DNA of 64,000 bases, taken from the NCBI GenBank assembly GCA_964430885.1, contig CAYSHM010000016.1, positions 1-64,000 on the forward strand, written 5' to 3'. The notes under the pieces are model-generated. The model was not told where the DNA came from. It made no database searches and saw nothing but the letters and a program-made list of their open reading frames with translations. Source of the stretch: an uncultured archaeon (lineage in GTDB: Archaea > Thermoplasmatota > Penumbrarchaeia > JASLWR01). Below, one piece after another: positions 40,901 to 50,000 of the stretch; the stretch's first letter is position 1; every line of letters starts with the position of its first letter. Position numbers and translations under genes: made by a program.

Positions 40901-41911
40901 AATGTCAGTACCAGCAGGTTTATATTCGTACCAGGTCATTCGAACAGCACCGATGGTAGGCCATTTAATATACAATGGAAGTGACTGAAAATATCCACGA
41001 TGGGTGGCCTGGGCTGAAACATGATAACCGATGAAACCCCTGTAATTGTGATTGGAGCTGCCGTCAGCGGCGGTTCCTGCACCATTATACTGTACACTGC
41101 CATGGCAGGGATGGTTCTCAACCATATGGGCCCTTGTATTTATACCGAAAAGATAGGGGTTCAGAGGGCGTGCGCCGTGTTCCCTGCAGTGGGTATAACA
41201 TTGCCGTTCAGAGATGGTTCCATAATCATGATAGAAGTAGAGCTTGCCGTTTACCACTGCACTGTTACCGAACTGCTGATATCCTGGAGTTTGACCATTG
41301 GCGTAGGCCAGAATGCAGTAATGCTGCTGGCTCTTGGGCCGGGTATTAACACTGGACCACCCTCCTGTGCTGGTATATGCGTTACTAGCATCTTTGTCCC
41401 CAACCCATCTCTCCAGCTGTTCGTAGGGGGCGTTGTACCCGTAGTGGTTGAAATCCGGGGCACCCATGAACTGGGCACCGTACATATTGGCCATCTCCTC
41501 GGCCTCGTCCCAGGTCATGAGACCGAAATTATAGGTGTACCAGTCTGAATGGTCTCCGCATCCACCAGTGCATTGAGCGTCATGCTGAAAAACCAAGGAA
41601 TTATGGGTGTCACCGGAGAGAATAGCTCGATGGTCGAAAGTATTGACCAGGCAGGTGGTATTCTCCCGGTCCACATAGGTGAGGTTCTTGAACTCCTCAA
41701 CTATCCTCAGCCCGTACCGGCTCCCTTCCATCTCCTGGGCACCGGGTTGATCATCAGGTCCCAGAAGTATCTCCAGCCGTTCTGTTGACATCTTTGGTTC
41801 AGGAGAAATCTGCATATTGATCGGTGAAAAAAACTGGACCGTCATAAATACAAGAATAATGGATACCGACAGGAAAATCTTTTTCCCCGGCCTGTTACTG
41901 GACATGTTCAT
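37925..41911 (-). CDS. Array surface receptor 3: tandem C-type-lectin-like head, stalk, PKD, TM, Pro-rich tail, zinc ribbon
   Basis: Stalk highly similar to receptor 2 but head unrelated (YTYNFGLMTWDEAEEMANMYGA; LYFYHDYGTISERQCYTHCREHGA); CHNC...CTSCG. Confidence 0.85.
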   Translation of the reverse strand: MNMSSNRPGKKIFLSVSIILVFMTVQFFSPINMQISPEPKMSTERLEILLGPDDQPGAQEMEGSRYGLRIVEEFKNLTYVDRENTTCLVNTFDHRAILSGDTHNSLVFQHDAQCTGGCGDHSDWYTYNFGLMTWDEAEEMANMYGAQFMGAPDFNHYGYNAPYEQLERWVGDKDASNAYTSTGGWSSVNTRPKSQQHYCILAYANGQTPGYQQFGNSAVVNGKLYFYHDYGTISERQCYTHCREHGARPLNPYLFGINTRAHMVENHPCHGSVQYNGAGTAADGSSNHNYRGFIGYHVSAQATHRGYFQSLPLYIKWPTIGAVRMTWYEYKPAGTDIVYNMTADGEHWVTMENHTNTIFQHQGSRLIWNATFTTDDEDKQPYISKVVIEIDRVKEPEPHLPSSKVWQGSSTPELTWNFTDPDSVDHQSDYLVEIFKDSQMQELVYNSSWQNSSLGEHVITQELEDGTYFWRARTTDMYHAKSNFSHPKRMKIDITKPVGNITIEEDVYSVNDQLVDITINAVDNGSGVYEMQIISDTGSPQAWEPYKLEKRIALSPTDGLKTVGIRFKDRAGIISDIFQDEVYLDYKGPGDISISSTTHPDPEWYYSSKDPVFSWEVPFEVTAVKGYAYMVDVGPTSEPYKDVTNPASATQTTTSPGEFKGLKDGTYYFHIAACDVYDQWSNTSHFQFNIDSTIPSVSSLLPEMDAWFRSENVETSVIFEDKNGFGLDLDTIQYSVKLNSSSSFSPWTDAGIEFEVLKKGLGNNPTQVKAVVSVELEEGINNQVHWRITDLAGNGPLESSERTILIDRTPVVFSSHFPKEGEYTNDLEVTCGVRISDYGSGVMGESIEYSISDSGDDENEFKEWFESGSRMQQEVILVSLDLEFEPGKDNYIKWRATDVVGNEIVTTDPYMVWVNSPPVAVLKSPRDGESYDADKNILFNAASSSDPDGDELGFYWVVKTKETKTEVFEAYTAVLNTSLKTAGDYIVYLYVDDGHQQNVSQKVNIRITGSGTPVSGPSETGEEPLESASSSSFIKDWWWLLVLIVGVLLIVLLLIIIAVRRRKEDEETPTPTKTAPGIGASGRPGYQQRPGQGPRPGPGGMPPQYPKGRPYAPYPGQKQGAYPQPRYNTGTPPPQPPSRAGKPAPGYGGPAYGSIQSSTLPASTAGPADRPALPPGAPPPSGPEEQPDTAPLPPESTAPSYELPTFSTDGGQQDLNLLSLPPAPEPPAETGTDLGETSSEPSPAPGTDSEAPGSPDLTVDSIFQGLVPPETPPETAGELAPSSPEAPPGSNELTLQCHNCGGQYTAVVESYPALVTCTSCGTQGQIQG

Positions 41912-42071
41912 ATCCTTTTCCTCCAAGGATGTTCCGTATCATTCTGGATGGATGCAGAGAATTCAAGTGCGGATGCGGTTCAAGATCTCGATCATATCTA
42001 TATTTACACTTCGCGCATAATTATTCCCATGGACCACCGTTTAGCCGACTAAGTATAAGCTCTCAATATAT

Positions 42072-42095
42072 TATTTTATTTGCCTAAATAAAATA
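42072..42095. promoter_or_regulatory. Perfect 10-bp inverted repeat (TATTTTATTT-GCCT-AAATAAAATA) upstream of receptor 3
   Basis: Read directly; intergenic and next to AT-rich TATA-like sequence; function unknown. Confidence 0.35.
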
Positions 42096-42152
42096 CTTCA
42101 AGCATAATAGAGACAGGCTCATACCTGTTACAGCTCCGCAGTCCATAAGAGA

Positions 42153-42860
42153 TTACAGGGATCCTATCATTCCCTGGGCTCCGCAAAAGGGGCACTGGAC
42201 AACTGAAGGAAAGGATTCGATGATCGCTCGGTACTCCCGGCTGCAGGAATGACACTGGAGGGTTTTAGGTTCATCCTCTTTAGGCTCCGGTGGTTCTTCG
42301 TTCATGGGAACTGAAGGTGAAGGTTTGGGAGACGAGGGGGGCGGCGGAGAGTCTGACATGGTATCTATAAGACCTGAAAATACCGTATCCAGCGAAGGAG
42401 AGGATTTTTCCTTTTCCTCTTCTTTCTTTTCTTCCTCGGGGGCCCCTTCTTGTGCTTCTTCCATCCCCGGCGGGGGAGGCGGGGAAGCCTTCTTGAGCTC
42501 TTTTGTATGTTCATGGAGACCGCCGTCAACCTCATCCGGAGCTGGCGGCAGGGCCATCCTGTTCAGATCCTGTTCGCCCTCGGCAGTTGAGAACGAAGGA
42601 AGCTGATACTGGGGTGGGGCTTCCTTGGGCGGCGGAAGCTGTTGTGTTTCGGAAGGCGGAGCCGGAGGCTGAATACCGTGTCGCTTGGATGCCGGAGAAG
42701 GCCGAGGACCTGCATGCTGGGGCAGGGCGGGATACTGGGGCGCAGGCCCGGGCAGGCCCGGTCTTTGGGATTGGTTCATGTTGTACCTATGAGGATATAC
42801 GCTCTGCTGCTGGGCGGGGCCGCCCTGATACTGCGGGGGACTCTGCGGCTGATGGGGGTA
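42153..42860. repeat. Near-identical copy 1 of the tail-coding segment shared with receptor 5
   Basis: Long nearly identical DNA runs with 46361-47050, e.g. CTCATCCGGAGCTGGCGGCAGGGCCATCCTGTTCAGATCCTGTTCGCCCTCGGCAGTTGAGAACGA. Confidence 0.85.
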
Positions 42861-45800
42861 AGGGTATTGAGGGCGCCGTATTGGGGGCTGAGGCGCCTGT
42901 TTAGGTTCGGCAGCATCCTCTCCCTCCCCTTTCTTCTTTCTCCGTCTAACTACAAGCAGCATTATCAGAAGCAGAAGAAGCAGTATTATCACGGCAATTA
43001 TGATCCACCACCACCATGAACTACCTCCACCGCTACCTATAACTCCAGTCCCAGTCCCGGTGGCATCGTCGTCATCGTCATCCTTCCCAAAAGAAGATAA
43101 CCGCTTGATGTCCACAAGTACATCGTCCGATGCCGTGTTGTTATCGGGGTCAGCAATGGTGAGGGTTATTGTGTGATTACCGGGGGTAAGCTGCAGTATC
43201 ACTGTTGAATTACTCCCTATTACCCCCGAGATATTAGAGCTCCAAGCATATGTAAGGTTGTCGCCGTCCAGATCGAAAGACCCTGAACCGTCGAACTCCA
43301 CCACCTGGTCCTCCCGGAACTCGGTACGGCGGTCCTCGGGCCGGGTTATCTTTGCAGTGGGGGCCGATGTTACGTTTATCCTGTAACCAGGTGTAATCAC
43401 GTCATCCCAGCCCACAGCATCATTTGCCATGAACCTGACGTAGTTATCACGGCCCCATTCCAGAGGAAGGTTGCAGTATATGACAAAGGGATTTCCGGTT
43501 ATGATGTTCATTGGTTCGGGAGAGATCCAGTCACTGTATCTTCCCTCTAGGTCTCCTTCAGAGGTGAAGGAATAGTAAATGCTCTCAATATCAACTCCCG
43601 AATCCTGGTCTGACACCCGTATGGAGCACTCAACCTCCGGAAGATCGTCCATATCCTCTATGATGAACTCCCCGAACTCCACTGGCGACACGTCCACCCT
43701 GAGATTGAAGGTCTTGGAATGGACAACCGGGTTACCTGCAATATCCGTACCCCTGAACTGTATGTAGTTCTCCACCCCGGGTTCGAACTTGAAGGTCGCC
43801 GTAACCTGGACTCTACCCTCCTCCACCGTGGTGAGATTGCCGGAGGGTATATCCATCCAAGGAGAGAACTTATCGTCGCCCTCAGTTGACATCCGAACCT
43901 GAAAACTATCCATATCTATCCCGCTCTCACCTCTGTCCCATACCTCGATTGTTGTGGGAATCTCCCTGTAGAGATACCATATCCTTCTGGTGAGCAGTTC
44001 ATCCGAGAACTCCGCAGGAGACGTATCCACCTTCAGACGCCAAGGTTCCGATTCCGAATAATCGTTGCCAGCCACATCCATGGCCTTCCATTTGATATAG
44101 TTATCATCACCCTCCTCAAGCTTGCACTTTGCCTCCACGGTCATCACAATACTGTCCTCCGGGACCCAGACAGGGACCCAAGAACCGAATTGGTGGGGAC
44201 CTGACGTTGATATGGAATAGAATACACTGGAACCGTCAACACCTATCCCTCCGAAATCCTGAATATCCACACTGCAGTCGATGGCGCTCTCATTGAGCCA
44301 GGTCTCATCCGAGGGCGTGAAGTTGCTGAAGAAAACCCCTGTCAGATCCACCTGTATCCCCGCTGAGAAAGCGTATCCAATATTACCCACCTTATCCTCG
44401 CACCAGACAAAGATTGAGTTGTAACCCTCACTCAGACCTCTGATCTCTCCCTCCGTTAGATCGGTAAAGGAGCCATTGGGAGTGAAGGAATTATCGCGGT
44501 TGGAATAATAGTAGCCTTTGAGACCCGAGGCATTGTCCTGAACCTCCTGCCAGGTTATATTAATACTTCTGTGTTTTGTAAAGGGAGACTGCTTCCCGTA
44601 AGCATAAGTCTTTATCTCCCCGGGAGGAAGGGGCGCCTCGGAGTCTATCTTGAGGGGGGTAGTGATGTTGGTTGTGCTGTAGCCGTCAGCAGGGATACTG
44701 ACTATTGTGACATAGAGCTCCTCGTAAGGATCCATTACATCCCTGGCCATCATGCTTATGAACATATTCTCCCCTCTGCTTTGGTTATCCCACCAGATGT
44801 TGCCGCCTGCATCGGCCACCTTCACGTCGAAATATTTCTCTGCAGGATACAGCAGCTGTGCATCCTGGTAATGAACTGTGAGACCCGTCAGGTTCAGCAT
44901 CTCTGCTCCCCTGACCCAGTCTCCTTGCTCCAGCTCTCCCTGGTATTCCCCGGTGATCTTCAGCTCACCCTTGAAGTCCAGGTCGTTCTCCACACGACAG
45001 AGCCACGGAAACCTGTTTTGAAATGACTCCCCGTCATTTGCAGTTACATTGGCAAAGCAGTCCACCCAGCCTTCGTGGGGGAAGGAAAAATTATAATTCA
45101 CTGTGAAATTCAGCCACCACTTGTCCGCTCCGTTATTCGTGATATCACACATATTCGTGATGAGCTCCATGTATGAGTTCTCATCCTGGAGTTTGAAGAA
45201 TTCGTCCCTGGTCCAGTTGTAGCAGAGGGTCGCGTTGGTGGTATTGTAGTCCAAGTGCACCTTCAGCTCTGCAATATCATTCAGCTGGCGGGGGGAGGTG
45301 ACGTTCACCGATAAGGTGTAGGGCCTGTATCGGGCATAGCATGTTCCGTTGTCCGTATCCCCTGCCCTTACAGATTCAACGCTGGGCACAGGTCTCAGAC
45401 CCTCCATGGCCTGCTGTATCTCCGACTGGGAAAGCTCTCTGCCGAAAACCGCCACCTCGTCTATTATCCGTGTATTCTGGCACTGGCCGTCCACGTTATC
45501 ACCGCCTATACACATCAGCGGACCATTACGATTGTCATTTCCTCCAGTCCTTGGAGTGGTTGGAACATTCTCAGTACCCTGGGAATTCTGGTTGCCATCG
45601 ACATACATCCTGAGAGTGTTCTGATTGCAGGTAATGGCTATATGATGCCATTGGTTGTCTACAATGTTTATATTGGTGTTGGTGTTGTAATTGCTGTTGT
45701 CATTGTCGCTTCCACCCCAAAACCTTATACTGCTGCCGCTGGTCTGAATGGAATAACCGTTACGAGGATTGCAGCAGCCACCGAGCATCACCAGACCGCC

Positions 45801-46238
45801 CAGACCGCCTCCGTTCACCTTGATCCATGCCATGAAGGTATATTCAGTATCCTGATGAAGATTGTTCTGGGGGTCCTGCAGGGATACATGGGCCTGCCAA
45901 TTTGCCGGGAAAGACATGGCATAGTTGCCGTGCCTGGAAGTACCAGTATAGGCTGCCTGCCCGTTCCTAGCTCCGTCGTTGCCTCCGCTTGTGGAAAGGT
46001 CGAATACACTGTTGCCGCTGCCCTCCTCGAAATTGTAGTAGAGACAGTCTGGCTGCAGTGACCTGGTAGCTGAAACCTTTTGCTCGAAGAGATCATTGGC
46101 GCTTAGGTCCTTCACCTCTGTCCTGAGGGTTTCAACCGACCCGCTCTCAAGGAGGGGAATAACTGTCAATCCCAGAAGGAGAATTATTACACCCAGAATC
46201 GGAATGGTTAAAAAACCGTTGCCTCGTTCATTCAACAT
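42153..46238 (-). CDS. Array surface receptor 4: LamG/concanavalin-A-like head, type-B stalk, PKD, TM, Pro-rich tail, zinc ribbon
   Basis: YYNFEEGSG...D.S, YTFMAWIK, DNQWHHIAIT, MYVDG and IIDEVAVFGRELS..EI; start likely ATG 46238 after GGGGTG. Confidence 0.87.
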   Translation of the reverse strand: MLNERGNGFLTIPILGVIILLLGLTVIPLLESGSVETLRTEVKDLSANDLFEQKVSATRSLQPDCLYYNFEEGSGNSVFDLSTSGGNDGARNGQAAYTGTSRHGNYAMSFPANWQAHVSLQDPQNNLHQDTEYTFMAWIKVNGGGLGGLVMLGGCCNPRNGYSIQTSGSSIRFWGGSDNDNSNYNTNTNINIVDNQWHHIAITCNQNTLRMYVDGNQNSQGTENVPTTPRTGGNDNRNGPLMCIGGDNVDGQCQNTRIIDEVAVFGRELSQSEIQQAMEGLRPVPSVESVRAGDTDNGTCYARYRPYTLSVNVTSPRQLNDIAELKVHLDYNTTNATLCYNWTRDEFFKLQDENSYMELITNMCDITNNGADKWWLNFTVNYNFSFPHEGWVDCFANVTANDGESFQNRFPWLCRVENDLDFKGELKITGEYQGELEQGDWVRGAEMLNLTGLTVHYQDAQLLYPAEKYFDVKVADAGGNIWWDNQSRGENMFISMMARDVMDPYEELYVTIVSIPADGYSTTNITTPLKIDSEAPLPPGEIKTYAYGKQSPFTKHRSINITWQEVQDNASGLKGYYYSNRDNSFTPNGSFTDLTEGEIRGLSEGYNSIFVWCEDKVGNIGYAFSAGIQVDLTGVFFSNFTPSDETWLNESAIDCSVDIQDFGGIGVDGSSVFYSISTSGPHQFGSWVPVWVPEDSIVMTVEAKCKLEEGDDNYIKWKAMDVAGNDYSESEPWRLKVDTSPAEFSDELLTRRIWYLYREIPTTIEVWDRGESGIDMDSFQVRMSTEGDDKFSPWMDIPSGNLTTVEEGRVQVTATFKFEPGVENYIQFRGTDIAGNPVVHSKTFNLRVDVSPVEFGEFIIEDMDDLPEVECSIRVSDQDSGVDIESIYYSFTSEGDLEGRYSDWISPEPMNIITGNPFVIYCNLPLEWGRDNYVRFMANDAVGWDDVITPGYRINVTSAPTAKITRPEDRRTEFREDQVVEFDGSGSFDLDGDNLTYAWSSNISGVIGSNSTVILQLTPGNHTITLTIADPDNNTASDDVLVDIKRLSSFGKDDDDDDATGTGTGVIGSGGGSSWWWWIIIAVIILLLLLLIMLLVVRRRKKKGEGEDAAEPKQAPQPPIRRPQYPYPHQPQSPPQYQGGPAQQQSVYPHRYNMNQSQRPGLPGPAPQYPALPQHAGPRPSPASKRHGIQPPAPPSETQQLPPPKEAPPQYQLPSFSTAEGEQDLNRMALPPAPDEVDGGLHEHTKELKKASPPPPPGMEEAQEGAPEEEKKEEEKEKSSPSLDTVFSGLIDTMSDSPPPPSSPKPSPSVPMNEEPPEPKEDEPKTLQCHSCSREYRAIIESFPSVVQCPFCGAQGMIGSL

Positions 46239-46360
46239 ATGCACACCCCACAAGATGAAAGCCATATAGTGCTGGGAATGCATAATAATATTTTCCGCTT
46301 AAACTACGAAAAATCCAACGGGGGTGAGCAGTATTACAGGAAGTAGTTCCTAGGCTAACA

Positions 46361-47050
46361 TTAAAGTGATTCTATCATGCCCTGGGCTCCGCAGTAGGGA
46401 CACTGGACAACGGAAGGGAATGATTCGATGATGGCCTGGTATTCCCTGCTGCATGAATGGCACTGGAGGGTTTTGGGTTCATCCACTTTGGGCTCAGGAG
46501 GTTCTTCTTCCCGGGGAACTGTTGGTGAAGGTTCGGGAGATGAGGGCGGGGGTGGAAAGTCTGACGCGGCTTCGGTAAGACCTGAAAAGACCGAATCCAG
46601 TGAAGGGGAGGATTTTTCCTTTTCCTCTTCTTTCTCTTCTTCCTCGGGGGACCCTTCTTGTGCTTCTTCCATCCCCGGCGGGGGAAGTGGGGAAGCCTTC
46701 TTGAGCTCTTTAGTATGTTCATGGGGACCGCTGTCAACCTCATCCGGAGCTGGCGGCAGGGCCATCCTGTTCAGATCCTGTTCGCCCTCGGCAGTTGAGA
46801 ACGAGGGAAGCTGATACTGGGGTGGGGCTTCCTTGGGCGGCGGAAGCTGTTGTGATTCGGAAGGCGGAGCTGGAGGCGGAATACCGTGTCGCTTGGATGT
46901 CGGAGAAGGCTGGGGACCTGCATGCTGGGGAAGGGCGGGATACTGGGGTGCAAGCCCGGGCAGGCCCGGTCTTTGGGGTTGATTCATGTTGTACCTGGGC
47001 GGATATACGCTCTGCTGCGGGGCAGGGCCGCCCTGATACTGCGGGGGCCT
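46361..47050. repeat. Near-identical copy 2 of the tail-coding segment shared with receptor 4
   Basis: See 42153-42860. Confidence 0.85.
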
Positions 47051-50000
47051 CTGCTGCTGTTGATAGGGATAAGGATAGGCCGGTTTCCTTTGCTGCGGGG
47101 AAGGGGTACTAACTGGTTTTTCATCCTCTTCCGACTTCTTCTTTCTTCTCCGGAGTATCAGGAATATCAGGAGCAGTATCAGGAGAAAAACCACAGCGGC
47201 TATCACTATCCACCACCACATACAGCCTTCACCGGAGCTTATACCGCCTGTTTCGGTTTCTGTGGTATCGTCATCCTCCTTCTTGGCAGCGGTCTTGGAC
47301 TTAATATCCACAAGGATATCCTTTTGGGCAGTGTTGTTGTCAGCATCTGTTACGGTCAATGTGATTGTATGGTTCCCTGGTTCCAGATAGATGAACAAAG
47401 TAGAATTATTTCCCAGAAAACCTGAGATATTGGATGACCATACAAAGGTAAGGTCATCCCCGTCGAGATCGGAGGAGCCCGAACCGTCCAGCTCAACTAT
47501 CTGGTCATCACGGAACTCGGTTCGACGGTTCTCGGGTCTGGAGATCCTGGCTACCGGTTCCGAGGTGACGTTCATTCTGTAACTGGGAGATATTACCTCC
47601 TCCCATCCAACCACATCATCGGCCTTGAACCTAACATAGTTCTGCCTGCCCCATTCCAAAGTAAGGGTGCAGTATACCATGAACGGATTGCCAGTTATGA
47701 TGTTCATGGGGGATGGAGCCTGCCATTCACCGTATTTTTCCTCTATGTCGCCTTCGGTTGACACGGAATAGAAAATACTGTCCACGTCCACACCCGAATC
47801 CCTATCCGAGAGGCGAATGGAGCATTCCACCTCGGGAAGCTCGTCGGTATCCTCTATGATGAAATCGCCGAACTCCACGCCGGCAGTATCGATCCTGAGA
47901 TTGAAACGTTTGGAATAGACCATGGGATTGCCTGCGGTATCTGTGCATCTGAACTGAATGAAATTTTCCGACCCGGGAAGATACCTGAAGGAGGCGGTCA
48001 CCTGCCACCTGCCTTTCTCACCGGCGGTGATGTTGTCAGGGGATACAGCCATCCAGGGACCTAGATCATTCTCTCCGGTGACAGAATAACGCACCTCTAC
48101 ACTGTTCTGATCGACCCCGCTGTCCCCTGTATCCCATACCTCTATTGTGGAAGGGATCTCCCGGTAGAGATACCAGCTTCTGATGGATGTCAGTGTTTCG
48201 CTGAACTCAACAGGGGAAGTATCTATGAGTATACGTCGGGGTTCCGATTCCACAAAATCGTTCTCCGCGAGGTCCATTGCCTTCCACTTGATGTAGTTGT
48301 CATCCCCTTCGTCGAACTTGCATTTGGACTCCACCCTGAGGAGAATGCCGTCCTCCGGGACCCAGACCGGCACCCATGAACTGAACTGGCGGGGGCCTGC
48401 CGTGGAGATGCTGTAGAATATACTTGAGCCGTCAACGCCTGTTCCTCCATGATCGCTTATCTCAACGGAACAGTCCAGTGTGCTCTGGTTCTGCCAGATG
48501 CTGTCCGAGGGGGTGAAGTTGCTGAAGGATACCCCTGTGAGGTCAACCTGTATAGGAACAGAAAAGGCGGGACCTATGTTTCCTACCATGTCCTCGCACC
48601 AGACGAATATATTGTTGAACCCTTCGTTCAAACCTCTTATCTCACCCTCTGTAAGGTCGGTGAATGTCCCGTTGGAAGTGAAGGAGTTGTCATGATCTGA
48701 ATAATAGTACCCCTTGAGACCTGAGGCATTGTCCGCTGAATCCTTCCAGGTGATATTGATGGTGGGATATTTTGTGAAAGGTGAGGTCTTACCGTAGGCA
48801 TAGGTCTTGATCTCATCCGGCGGAAGGGGGGCCTGGGCATCGATCTTCAGGGGGAAGGTCAGATTGCTGGTGCATATCCCGCTGTCCATTATGTTCTCTA
48901 CCGTTATCAGGATCTCCTCGTCAGGGTCAATAACGTTCCTTGTGGTTATGTTGATGAAAATGCTCTCCCCTGAGCTCTGATTATCCCACCACTTGTTCCC
49001 TGCACGATCCATTACTCGAACATCGAAAAAATCATCTTCCGGAATGAGGTTAGGCGCCCCCTGATAATGAACCGTCAGATCCTCAACGGTGATGGATTCA
49101 TTTCCTCTGACCCAGTCTCCTGCTTCAAGTTCACCCTGGTATCGGGCGGTGAGTTTGGGCGTGCCAGAGAACTCAAGATCGTTCTCCACCCTGAACAGCC
49201 ATGGGAACCTCACCAGATTGAACCGGCCAGTGCCCGAAGTAGTGTTCACGAAACAGTCCACCATCCCCTCGTGGGGAAAGGTGAAATTGATATGGAAGGT
49301 AAAGTTCAGCCACCAGTTCTCAACAAAATCCGTGGTAATATTGCAGTGGTCCGTTATGAGCTGAACATGACCGTCATGGTCCTGAAGCTTGAAGAAAGTA
49401 TCATTGGTCCAGTTGTAGCAGAAGGTGGCATTGGTTGTGTTGTAATCCAGATAAAGCCTTATCTCAGACGCGTCGTTGAGGTTCTTGGAGGAAGTGACAT
49501 TGACCAGCATGGTATACTCCCTGCTCCGGGCATAACAGATATTCTCTGGATCGCCCCTTGACAGGGCTACATTGTCGGTGTAGGCGTTGAGATCTATCTC
49601 CAGCCAACTTGCCACAGGCAGACCTCCCGGGCTCTGGCCTATGGTTAGAAGCGTCTCCGAACCTGTAGGTATGGTAGTAATCCTTGCATGTGATGCCGAT
49701 GAACCCGTGAAGAAGGGACGATTCATTTGGTGCACCATTGGGTGGCCTACTGCCGCAACATAATTGGCGCCGTCGTTTCCGTTCTGGGTCCTAACTCCGA
49801 AGGGACCTGGGACCCCTCTGGACCATCTTCTCTGATAGTTGGTCCCGACCATGTCGATGAGTATCCCGCCGTGAGCAACATAATCCTCCATTACCGAAAC
49901 CATTGACTCCATCTTGTTCAGGTACTGGTCCGGCTGGTATTCGGATATAATTATCAATCTGTACTGGGCCACATCGAAATGAGAATCCTGAACATTATTG

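Noticed and set aside
33820-47100. PPxY and YPxL motifs in the tails as WW/ESCRT late domains
   Set aside because: Such motifs are expected by chance in P/Y/Q-rich sequence, and they are not conserved in position across all five tails.
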